In this document: positions 9,250-17,281 of the stretch, in pieces | How positions within the stretch are numbered: position 1 is the first letter of the stretch | How the letters are laid out: every line of letters starts with the position of its first letter | DNA from: Candidatus Jorgensenbacteria bacterium | GTDB taxonomy: Bacteria > Patescibacteriota > Minisyncoccia > UBA6257 > GWB1-50-10 | Direction: 5' to 3' | DNA: 37,678 nt | NCBI GenBank assembly: GCA_016234345.1 | Contig: JACRFG010000076.1 | Span: 1 to 37,678 of the forward strand | Translations under genes and position numbers: made by a program | The notes under the pieces: generated by a model | The model's input: only the letters and a program-made list of their open reading frames with translations | Databases searched by the model: none | What the model was told of the DNA's origin: nothing

Positions 9250-9320
9250 TGGACCTGCGGGGAGTTGAACCCCGGACTCATCCATGCCATGGATGCGTGT
9301 TACCGCTATACTACAGGCCC
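9250..9320 (-). tRNA. tRNA-Ala(GGC)
   Basis: GGGCCTG/CAGGTCC acceptor with G3:U70, CATCC-ATGGCAT-GGATG anticodon arm, TTCAACT T-loop, A73; no encoded CCA. Confidence 0.96.
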
Positions 9321-9382
9321 TTAATTTACCGTTTTCAATTCTAAACGAATAAATAACGGACCGCAATCTATTTGACCGTAAA

Positions 9383-10084
9383 CTACCTTCCAAAACGCCG
9401 TTCGGTGCGTTTAAAGGCTTCTAAAACATTTTTAAATTCTTGGGGTGAAAAATCAGGCCAAAGAGTTTCCGTAAAGTGGAGCTGGGCATCAGCCACGTCC
9501 CACATCATAAAACCATCCGACCAATGCGGTTCGCCGCCAGTACGAATAACCAAATCGACCGGCGGAAGATCACCGGTCCAAAGAATATTTTTTATTAATG
9601 ATGAATCTATTTTATTCCAATCTTTAACCGATAATGCGACAACTTTTTTAAAAGCTTCGATCATTTCGTCGATACCACTATAAGCCATAAGGAATGTAAG
9701 TCTATAATTTTGATATTCTTTTGTTCGCTTCAAAATTTCTTCCATTGGTTTTTTAGTCGCTTCAGGAAATAATTCTCGCCAACGACCGATGATGTCAACA
9801 TTAATTTTATTTTTATGAATATCGTCGCTTATCAATAAACGCTTGAAGTAAATTCTAAAAATATCGAAAAGATGTTTGCGCTCGCTTGCCGATCGATCGG
9901 TAACGTTTGCCACGGACGAACCCCAAAAAGTTATGAACGGAATTTTATAATCAAGCGCCGTCCGCAATATCTTTTCGGTGTTTTTAGCACCAGCCATGTG
10001 ACCGAAATAAGAGGGACGCTTTTTACGCTTTGCCCACCTACGATTACCATCGGGAATGATCGCAACGTGTTTCGGTAAAACCAT
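9383..10084 (-). CDS. uppS: Undecaprenyl diphosphate synthase (cis-prenyltransferase)
   Basis: PKHVAIIPDGNRRWA, GH.AG, VDLVIRTGGE, TLWPDF, ERRFG. Confidence 0.95.
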   Translation of the reverse strand: MVLPKHVAIIPDGNRRWAKRKKRPSYFGHMAGAKNTEKILRTALDYKIPFITFWGSSVANVTDRSASERKHLFDIFRIYFKRLLISDDIHKNKINVDIIGRWRELFPEATKKPMEEILKRTKEYQNYRLTFLMAYSGIDEMIEAFKKVVALSVKDWNKIDSSLIKNILWTGDLPPVDLVIRTGGEPHWSDGFMMWDVADAQLHFTETLWPDFSPQEFKNVLEAFKRTERRFGR

Positions 10085-10105
10085 AATCGAGTAAAAATTA
10101 TTTTG

Positions 10106-10177
10106 TGGGCGTTAGAGGGATTGAACCTCTGACCTTTTGCGTGTCATGCAAACGCTCTACCACTGAGCTAAACGCCC
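10106..10177 (-). tRNA. tRNA-Val(GAC)
   Basis: GGGCGTT/AACGCCC acceptor, TTTGC-ATGACAC-GCAAA anticodon arm, TTCAATC T-loop. Confidence 0.96.
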
Positions 10178-10215
10178 AAATACAACAATCAGATTAATGT
10201 TGTACACCAGTGAAT

Positions 10216-10545
10216 TTAAGGATGTTTTTCTTTGCGCAGCGCTTTAGTTTTTTGAAAGGCTAAGGCGACATCGTCGTCGGGAAATCTCAAGCGCGCCTCA
10301 ACAACATCCTGTAGTTTTTCTTGCGGAATTTCGGTGCCGAGCGGAACTTTACCGCCTAACAGCTTGGTAAACCCCATACGTCGTTCAGTTCCATCATTGT
10401 TATGTATAGCGACAATAATCTCGTCGGTACTATTCTTGACTACAGTTACTGTCTTACCCAGCTCAATGGCCACATCCTGAATCATATGCAACAGTTTACG
10501 CTCATCCTCATTCGACATTTTTTCTACGAACCCTGACTCCTTCAT
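10216..10545 (-). CDS. Hypothetical protein
   Basis: 109-aa soluble ORF filling the gap, same strand as its neighbours. Confidence 0.65.
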   Translation of the reverse strand: MKESGFVEKMSNEDERKLLHMIQDVAIELGKTVTVVKNSTDEIIVAIHNNDGTERRMGFTKLLGGKVPLGTEIPQEKLQDVVEARLRFPDDDVALAFQKTKALRKEKHP

Positions 10546-10597
10546 TTATGTTTTACATAATACCCAAATCAACATTGTATCGCAACCATAAAACATA

Positions 10598-10630
10598 ATC
10601 CCGCCAAACCTTATATAGATTAGGCGGGAT
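10598..10630 (-). terminator. Hairpin, probable terminator after ppk2
   Basis: atcccgcc...ggcgggat stem. Confidence 0.6.
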
Positions 10631-10645
10631 ATTACTCTTTTAAAA

Positions 10646-11509
10646 TCACTTGTGCTTAAGATCGTCCTTCAGAACCAGAAGTTCCCTGCGTCGCTCCAAA
10701 GGTATGACCGGATATCTCAACTTCATTCGCTTCAGGCGCTTCACTACGATATCGGCAACAGCCGCCCGAGTGACCCATTTATGATCAGCCGGCACAACAT
10801 ACCACGGCGCATGTTTGGTGCTGGTTTTGCTCAACACTGCTTCGTACGCTTTCATGTACTCCTTCCAACGCAAACGCTCTCCGATGTCGCCAGCCGAAAA
10901 CTTATAATTTTTTTCTTTTATCTCGATACGCTGAGTAAACCGAGCTGTCTGTTCACTTTTGGATAAATGGAGGAAAAACTTGAGAATTACAATGCCATTC
11001 CTCGTAAGATATTCCTCAAAGTTATTAATATCACGAAACCGATTAGTCCAAATATCGTTCATGGTCTCGGGCGGCAAATTCTGCTTCGCCAAAAACTCGG
11101 GATGTACGCGCACCACAACCATTTCTTCGTACCATGAACGGTTCCAAACCGTAATATGACCTCGAGCCGGCAAATGTGGCGTATGTCGCCAAATCCAATC
11201 ATGATTCAAGGCTTCTTCGGACGGCCGCTTGAAACTAACCACATTGAACCCATGCGGATCGATCTCGGAAAAAACATTCCTTACGCACGTATCCTTGCCA
11301 GCCGCGTCCATAGCCTGAACAATGACCAAGACCCCGTATCGCCCTTGAGCATAAAGAAGGTTTTGATATTCACCCAACTTCAACGCTCGTCGTTCTACGA
11401 ATTTCTTCGAGTCTTTTTTTCCTTTAAATCCAAGCCAAGAATCTGTCTTAAGTTTCTTCAACTTAACCAATTCCCCCGGTTTAACCAAGAGATCACTGTC
11501 GTTCATCAA
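10646..11509 (-). CDS. ppk2: Polyphosphate kinase 2 family (class III-like polyphosphate:nucleotide phosphotransferase)
   Basis: Walker A QAMDAAGKD, FKRPSEE, NRSWYEE..VVRVH, LKFFLHLS, APWYVVPADHKW; start TTG 11509 or ATG 11506. Confidence 0.93.
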   Translation of the reverse strand: MMNDSDLLVKPGELVKLKKLKTDSWLGFKGKKDSKKFVERRALKLGEYQNLLYAQGRYGVLVIVQAMDAAGKDTCVRNVFSEIDPHGFNVVSFKRPSEEALNHDWIWRHTPHLPARGHITVWNRSWYEEMVVVRVHPEFLAKQNLPPETMNDIWTNRFRDINNFEEYLTRNGIVILKFFLHLSKSEQTARFTQRIEIKEKNYKFSAGDIGERLRWKEYMKAYEAVLSKTSTKHAPWYVVPADHKWVTRAAVADIVVKRLKRMKLRYPVIPLERRRELLVLKDDLKHK

Positions 11510-11648
11510 TGTTTCCTTATAGAATTGCGGTATGTGTTATCTATGGTAATTACTAGTAATAGATAATATAATAATCACCTCGTCGTGTCAATATATTATG
11601 TACGATGAATCGATAGTTGATTATTATAGATAGAAGTCGGTTCCGTCG

Positions 11649-11723
11649 GCCCCCGTAGCTCAATGGACAGAGCGGATCCGTCCTAAGGATACAATGGGAG
11701 TTCGATTCTTCCCGGGGGCACCA
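11649..11723 (+). tRNA. tRNA-Arg(CCU)
   Basis: GCCCCCG/CGGGGGC acceptor, anticodon loop GTCCTAA, TTCGATT T-loop, encoded CCA. Confidence 0.95.
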
Positions 11724-11743
11724 GACAATAAGAATCCATCACG

Positions 11744-12985
11744 ATGTTTTTGCAATTTAAAAACGATAAAACTGCTCTAACCGCCACGCTCATACTGTTT
11801 GCCTTGGGTATTTCGATACTTGCTTATACATCCATTAGCCGCGATACCCCGATTACTAAAAATTCTCCGGAGCGACCTTCTCCGCCAAAAAAATACGAAA
11901 CCGAACTGCGCATGCAAAATACCGGAGAGAGCATCGACGAATATGTGCGTAATCAAATGGCGGTTTGTTACGAGACCGGTGGTGAAAACGGCTGCTATAA
12001 AAAAATCGGCGATCTTTTTTACGATCAATTCGGTTTGGCACGAATGATTACAACATTGGAGCAAAACGAAAAATATCCGGAAGTTTACGCCCGCTGCCAC
12101 GAAGTTACCCATTACCTCGGCCGCCATGAATACACCGAAACCAAAAATATAGGCGAAGCTTTTGCAAGCTGTACTTCAATCTGCCACGGGGGATGTTTCC
12201 ACGGAATACTCGAAGGATATTTTGATGAACACAAAGAACCTTTCTTGAGCCACGAAGCAGTGCTCGCCCGCGACATATCTACGATCTGTGGCAAACAAAG
12301 TGACTACGTTATCCCCTGGTTGTATAACGAATGCGTACACGGCATCGGCCATGGTGCGATGTTTATAAACGACATGGATTTATTACATTCTCTGAAATTA
12401 TGCGATTTATTGCCCTCCGGTGAAAAACAAACTTGCTACGGCGGCGTGTTTATGGAAAACTCATCAAGCGCCACAAACCAAAATCATCCCACAAACTATT
12501 TAAGAAAGGATGATTTGATGTATCCCTGCTCAATACTCGAGGACAAATATCTTGATACTTGCTACCGCTACCAAAGTTCATATTTCGCCGAGCTTACTCA
12601 TTGGGATTGGCAAAAAACCATTGATCTTTGCATGCAAATACCCGAAATCTATCGCCGCGGGTGTTTAAGTATTGTTGGCAGCAACCAAGTCGGCTACACC
12701 CAGGATAAAAACGTAATGCGCGATAATTGCAAACTCGCACCAACGCCCGCTCTTAGAAATGAATGCGTACGGGGCGTGATGACTTCGTTCGGTGGCCGTT
12801 TCATTAATACACCAACACATCTAATCGAGTTTTGCTCTATTGTCGATAAGGAAAACAAGGAGACTTGCTACGGACGTATGAGTGAAATATTATCAGCATG
12901 GGGCTTGGATAACGTTAAAAAGAAAGGAGTCTGCGAAAACATAACCGATAAAGATTTTGTCGCAGCTTGTATTCAGCGAAATTAA
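11744..12985 (+). CDS. Membrane-anchored Cys/His-repeat extracellular protein of unknown function
   Basis: N-terminal TM; repeats CHEVTHYLG, CHGGCFHG, CVHGIGHG, CYGGVFMEN; many paired Cys. Confidence 0.85.
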   Translation: MFLQFKNDKTALTATLILFALGISILAYTSISRDTPITKNSPERPSPPKKYETELRMQNTGESIDEYVRNQMAVCYETGGENGCYKKIGDLFYDQFGLARMITTLEQNEKYPEVYARCHEVTHYLGRHEYTETKNIGEAFASCTSICHGGCFHGILEGYFDEHKEPFLSHEAVLARDISTICGKQSDYVIPWLYNECVHGIGHGAMFINDMDLLHSLKLCDLLPSGEKQTCYGGVFMENSSSATNQNHPTNYLRKDDLMYPCSILEDKYLDTCYRYQSSYFAELTHWDWQKTIDLCMQIPEIYRRGCLSIVGSNQVGYTQDKNVMRDNCKLAPTPALRNECVRGVMTSFGGRFINTPTHLIEFCSIVDKENKETCYGRMSEILSAWGLDNVKKKGVCENITDKDFVAACIQRN

Positions 12986-13065
12986 TTAGATTGGTGGGAT
13001 GCCAGAGTGGCCGAATGGGCCGCACTCGAAATGCGGTATGCCCGAAAGGGCATCGGAGGTTTTCC

Positions 13066-13114
13066 CGATTTGTCTAAAAATTTTATACTGGCTAGAATTT
13101 TTAGGCACAAATCG
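13066..13114 (+). repeat. AT-rich long hairpin inside the T-loop insert
   Basis: cgatttgtctaaaaatttta-tactggc-tagaatttttaggcacaaatcg; about 20 bp with a 2-nt bulge. Confidence 0.85.
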
Positions 13115-13130
13115 CAATCCCGCCTAAAGC

Positions 13131-13217
13131 GGAAGGTTGGCAGAGTGGTCTAATGCGCCACACTCGAAATGTGGTTGGGGAGAAATCCCCTCGGAGGTTC
13201 GAATCCTCCACCTTCCG
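13131..13217 (+). tRNA. Intact inner tRNA-Ser(CGA), nested in the outer gene
   Basis: GGAAGGT/ACCTTCC acceptor, CCACA-CTCGAAA-TGTGG anticodon arm, variable arm, GGAGG-TTCGAAT-CCTCC, G73; 87 nt. Confidence 0.96.
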
Positions 13218-13236
13218 CTTTGTGCGGGACGAATCC

Positions 13237-13256
13237 CCGCCTGCCGGCGAGCAGGC
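13237..13256 (+). repeat. 20-nt GC-rich hairpin insert in the outer tRNA T-stem
   Basis: cc-gcctgc-cggcga-gcaggc; the boundary can slide by 1 nt. Confidence 0.85.
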
Positions 13257-13363
13257 TCCTCCCACCGCATCAAATCGAAAAATCTTGCGGTCTATGGCGA
13301 TAAGGTAATCAAAATTGCACAAAATCACTTTAAAAACGTGGGTCTTTGTTGTAGGGTTAAATC

Positions 13364-14410
13364 GTGGAAAAATTTTCGACGTCAAGAGAGTCCATATTAG
13401 AAACAGTTCATGATGAAAAACTTGAGAAAAACGGAACAAGACGCTACACCTTAAAATCCGGAGAAACCATCGAAGTAAACTGGAAAGAATTTGATCCCGG
13501 AAAAGAAACATGCACAGATACATCTGTTGTTTTTCTCCCAGGATGGGCGATAGGAGAACAGACAGAGATGGTAAAAAATCTGAGTGAAGCATTTTCAAAA
13601 AATTCAAAAAGCCCTACCTATGCCGTAACAAGCCGGGCTGAACAGTTAAGGCCGAGCGAAGACTCGCTTAAAAACCAGGCAGAAGCAATTAAAGAATTTA
13701 TTAAAGAGCGGGGTATAAAAGAACTGATTCTAGCGGGTCATTCTCAAGGAGGCGACAAAGCAATAAATGTCGCTGCCATGCTACAAGAAGATCCTTCAAT
13801 GAAGATTAAGGGGGTAATTTTGTTAGATTCGATGGGACTTTATGAACAATCGCCTATGGGCTTGGCCGGTCACCTCGCTAAAGATTTAATAGTTGATACA
13901 CCAATAGGAATGACCGGATTCGATATGAAAAACCCGGCCATGCGAAAATGGGTTCGTGAGAATACTGCGATGGCACGAAAGAGCATTCGTTCGGCGATCG
14001 ATATCATCATAGCTATTATGAAAGACGTACAAAAATCCAGGCTCGACTATCCCGCGAAGTTGATTAAAGAAGTTCGCGAAATGGCTAAAGCCAATCCGAA
14101 TTTAGGTAAACTAAAAATGCCCATTATCCTAATGTCCGGTTCACAAGATCCAATATCGAACCCAGAAAAGATGATTGCTTACAACAAAGAAGAAGGAAGG
14201 CCTGAAGAGAGTGCGGGACCTATCGATTCACGAGAATATTATCTCAGAAAGAATATTTTTCCAGAAAGCCCATATGTGAAAATGGTGGTTCCCGAAAAAT
14301 TCGGCCATCATAGCATGCCGTTCTTCAGGGCGGAGTCAGTTGCTAAGACGTCGCTTTATCTCTTAAAAAGATTTGAGAACATATCTAAAACTAAAACTGA
14401 AGGAAATTAG
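13364..14410 (+). CDS. Alpha/beta hydrolase fold protein
   Basis: VVFLPGW, nucleophile elbow GHSQGG, MSGSQDPI, GHH; GTG start. Confidence 0.88.
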   Translation: MEKFSTSRESILETVHDEKLEKNGTRRYTLKSGETIEVNWKEFDPGKETCTDTSVVFLPGWAIGEQTEMVKNLSEAFSKNSKSPTYAVTSRAEQLRPSEDSLKNQAEAIKEFIKERGIKELILAGHSQGGDKAINVAAMLQEDPSMKIKGVILLDSMGLYEQSPMGLAGHLAKDLIVDTPIGMTGFDMKNPAMRKWVRENTAMARKSIRSAIDIIIAIMKDVQKSRLDYPAKLIKEVREMAKANPNLGKLKMPIILMSGSQDPISNPEKMIAYNKEEGRPEESAGPIDSREYYLRKNIFPESPYVKMVVPEKFGHHSMPFFRAESVAKTSLYLLKRFENISKTKTEGN

Positions 14411-14422
14411 AAAGGTATAAAT

Positions 14423-15379
14423 ATGACATCGGCTTTATTTCTAATCATTCTGGGATTCGTTGTCCTATTGAAGGGCGCTGATTGGTTAGTCGAGGGATCA
14501 TCGACCATAGCCAGACGCCTAGGTATTTCTCAATTAGTCATCGGTTTAACCGTCGTTGCTTTTGGAACATCAGCACCGGAACTCTTTGTTAATATCTTCG
14601 CCGGAATCAAAGGCGAAGCTGATATCGCTATAGGCAATATTTTGGGGAGTAATATTGTTAATATTCTCCTTATCCTCGGCATTGCAGCAACAATTTATCC
14701 GCTAGCTCTCAAACGCAGTACGATTTGGAAAGAGATTCCCTTGAGCGGCCTCGCGGCTATTGTTCTCGCGCTCTTAGTAAATGACAACCGAACCAACGGA
14801 TCATTTATAGGACTGACACGCGTCGACGGCTTGGTGCTTATTGCTTTCTTTTTCTTTTTTCTTTACTACACCTATCACATAAACAAAAATGATGTATCTC
14901 AAAAATCAGCAGTTCATATCAATCCACATTCATGGCCATACGCCCTCTTATTAACCGCTATTGGCCTTATCAGTTTATTAATAGGCGGCAAACTAATTGT
15001 CGATAACGCCGTAGCGATAGCGCTCATATTAAAAGCCAGCCAGGCCGTTATTGGTCTTACTATTGTTGCAATCGGCACGTCTCTACCAGAACTTGCCACT
15101 TCTGCGGTCGCTGCTTATAAAAAAAATCCTGATATCGCAGTTGGCAATATAGTCGGTTCAAACATCTTTAACATTTTCTGGATTTTAGGAATCAGTGCGG
15201 TTATCAATCCCTTGGCTTTTTCACAAAAATTATTTCCGGACATCGGAGTAATCATCTTCACAACCTTATTATTATTTTTATGTATGTTCATCGGAAAACG
15301 ACATGTTTTAGAACGATGGCAAGGAATTACTTTCGTTCTTCTATATATAATCTATATCTTTTCACTACTAGTACGATGA
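14423..15379 (+). CDS. Calcium/sodium antiporter (YrbG/CaCA family)
   Basis: Two alpha repeats: GTSAPE...GNILGSNI and GTSLPE...GNIVGSNI. Confidence 0.95.
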   Translation: MTSALFLIILGFVVLLKGADWLVEGSSTIARRLGISQLVIGLTVVAFGTSAPELFVNIFAGIKGEADIAIGNILGSNIVNILLILGIAATIYPLALKRSTIWKEIPLSGLAAIVLALLVNDNRTNGSFIGLTRVDGLVLIAFFFFFLYYTYHINKNDVSQKSAVHINPHSWPYALLLTAIGLISLLIGGKLIVDNAVAIALILKASQAVIGLTIVAIGTSLPELATSAVAAYKKNPDIAVGNIVGSNIFNIFWILGISAVINPLAFSQKLFPDIGVIIFTTLLLFLCMFIGKRHVLERWQGITFVLLYIIYIFSLLVR

Positions 15380-15464
15380 GATATCCAAGCATAGATAAAA
15401 CAATACTCCGCATCTTTTAAAGATATGCTACAATAAGACAAAAGGTCTAAATTTTTATAAACAC

Positions 15465-16013
15465 ATGGAACAGCCAAAAAATACTCTTCGTTTAGTCATT
15501 ATCATCGCAGTACTCGTCGTTGTCGTTATCGGTGTAGTCGCTCTACAAAGCAAGCCGGGTGGTACTGATTTATCAGTCCGACCGTCAGAACCCGTGGTCC
15601 AGCCAACGCCGGTAAAACCAACCCCCGCGCCCGCACCGACACCGACCCAAACTACACCCGAAACCCCCAAAGGACCGGCCAATCAAACCCCCAGCGCTCC
15701 TCATAATCCCGGAGAAGATATTGAAGTAATATTTACTGACGCCGGCTTTGCACCGCAAACACTCACCGTAAAAATGGGCAAAGTAGTGACGTTTAAAAAT
15801 TTAGGTTCGGTTCAAGTATGGCCCGCATCAGCATTTCACCCCACACACGAAATCTATCCCACGACTGGCGGCTGCTTGGGAAGCACCTTTGATGCCTGCC
15901 GAGGCATAAACTCTGGAGAATCATGGTCTTTCAAATTTGACGTAGCCGGCAATTGGAAATATCATGACCATCTTAATCCATCCCGTAGCGGCACTATTGT
16001 AGTGGAAAAATAA
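15465..16013 (+). CDS. Membrane-anchored cupredoxin-like protein with a Pro/Thr linker
   Basis: TM, PT-rich linker, GFAPQTLTVKMG..VTFKN, SWSFKF..AGNWKYHDHLNP..GTIVV. Confidence 0.85.
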   Translation: MEQPKNTLRLVIIIAVLVVVVIGVVALQSKPGGTDLSVRPSEPVVQPTPVKPTPAPAPTPTQTTPETPKGPANQTPSAPHNPGEDIEVIFTDAGFAPQTLTVKMGKVVTFKNLGSVQVWPASAFHPTHEIYPTTGGCLGSTFDACRGINSGESWSFKFDVAGNWKYHDHLNPSRSGTIVVEK

Positions 16014-16017
16014 ATCC

Positions 16018-16052
16018 TTAAACGAGCCTCCATATGAAAGAGGCTCGTTTAA
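16018..16052 (+). terminator. Hairpin, probable terminator
   Basis: ttaaacgagcctc...gaggctcgtttaa 13-bp stem after the stop at 16013. Confidence 0.7.
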
Positions 16053-16075
16053 CATTAACCAGATTTTTATATTTC

Positions 16076-17194
16076 ATGCGTATAGCTTATTTCATCGGCA
16101 CACTTAAAGAGGAGGATGGGGTAAGCCGAGTACTTCTCCGATTGGCCACCGCCATGAAAGAGGCTGGCCATGAAAGCGTAATTATCACGAGTCACGCCGA
16201 AAATCCGGAACGCTATCCCGTGCCCGTACTGCTCTTGCCAGGAGAACAGATATTTCTCTATAAAGATTACTATTTCCCTAAACCGACAAGCGGCAAAGAA
16301 GTTGAAAAACATCTAGAAAGTTTTAAACCTGAACTTATACATCTCCACAGCCCTGACACGAGCGCGTGGCTCGCTATAACCTACGCCAAACACCACAACC
16401 TTCCTACCGTTATTACGCATCACACTGATTTTATCCGCTATCTACCGTATTATCATCTCACACTCTTTAAACCTCTCCTTTGGATGTACCTCAGGAAGAC
16501 TTACAATCGCATAACTGCCGTAACCACACCGTCAGACGTAATAACCGAAACACTAAAGCAACACGGAATAAAACACGCGGAGACGCTATCGAACGGCGTT
16601 GATATAGAAAAATTCAACCCGCGTTTCCGCAAAAACGAATGGCGAAACACTATCGCCGGCTCGCCGGATACACCAATTATTCTTTTTGTCGGCCGCCTTA
16701 CATGGGAGAAAGATCTTAAAACACTTATCCAGACGTACGACCTCCTCGAAAAAAATGATGTGCGATTTCGACTGGCTATTGTCGGCGACGGACCGGTTTA
16801 TGCGGAGCTCCGTAAGGCCTTACCGCATGCAACATTTCTCGGACACTTAATCGGGGAAGCGCTTTCGACTGCTTACGCTTCAGCCGATATATTCCTTTTC
16901 CCTTCCACCACCGAAACATTCGGCAACGTAACAGTCGAAGCCATGTCTTCCGGCGCCGTACCAATTGTGGCTAGAGCTGGCGGTTCGATATCTATAGTCC
17001 AAGACGAGAAAAATGGCTTTCTGGTAACACCGAAAGACGCACAAGCTTTCTATGAAAAAGTGGTTTTTTTAATACAAAATCCCGATACTCGAGAAAAAAT
17101 TATAAAAGACGCCATCCTAAGAGCTAAGGCGTTTGCCTGGCCGGCCATAATTACCAAATACATTAACCTTTACAACAAACTCATTACCAAATAG
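16076..17194 (+). CDS. GT4 family glycosyltransferase
   Basis: MRIAYF start, NGVD, FVGRL..EK, VGDGP, ETFGNVTVEAMSSG (EX7E). Confidence 0.93.
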   Translation: MRIAYFIGTLKEEDGVSRVLLRLATAMKEAGHESVIITSHAENPERYPVPVLLLPGEQIFLYKDYYFPKPTSGKEVEKHLESFKPELIHLHSPDTSAWLAITYAKHHNLPTVITHHTDFIRYLPYYHLTLFKPLLWMYLRKTYNRITAVTTPSDVITETLKQHGIKHAETLSNGVDIEKFNPRFRKNEWRNTIAGSPDTPIILFVGRLTWEKDLKTLIQTYDLLEKNDVRFRLAIVGDGPVYAELRKALPHATFLGHLIGEALSTAYASADIFLFPSTTETFGNVTVEAMSSGAVPIVARAGGSISIVQDEKNGFLVTPKDAQAFYEKVVFLIQNPDTREKIIKDAILRAKAFAWPAIITKYINLYNKLITK

Positions 17195-17281
17195 TGCCGG
17201 CCAAAGAGTTTGACTTCGCGGTGCCAGACGCCTTATCACACGATCTGTCACGACCTTGGAACCTCTGCTAAACTTAAAACT

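Larger units (their letters stand above)
12993..13267 (+). tRNA. Interrupted outer tRNA-Ser(CGA): pieces 12993-13061, 13230-13236 and 13257-13267
   Basis: Joined pieces give GGTGGGATGCCAGAGTGGCCGAATGGGCCGCACTCGAAATGCGGTATGCCCGAAAGGGCATCGGAGGTT|CGAATCC|TCCTCCCACCG (87 nt), with a 7/7 acceptor stem, 5/5 T-stem, TTCGAAT loop and G73. Functional status unknown. Confidence 0.85.

Noticed and set aside
9054..9320. tmRNA (Ala-type acceptor ending TCCACCA)
   Set aside because: The 5' part is a complete canonical tRNA with D and anticodon arms, followed by a terminator-like hairpin; no tag reading frame was recognised.
13062..13229. Group I/II intron or canonical archaeal BHB intron in the outer tRNA-Ser
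   Set aside because: The insert is fully accounted for by a hairpin plus a tRNA, leaving no room for a ribozyme core. I could not draw a 3-4-3 bulge-helix-bulge at the junctions by eye.
13101..13607. ORFs 13101-13607(-) and 13137-13400(+)
   Set aside because: They overlap the tRNAs and the hydrolase start; shadow ORFs.
16034..16075. ORF-track start of the glycosyltransferase (and 17210 for HtrA, 7518 for the Zn-ribbon)
   Set aside because: The extensions overlap terminator hairpins or promoter elements; downstream starts fit the families better.
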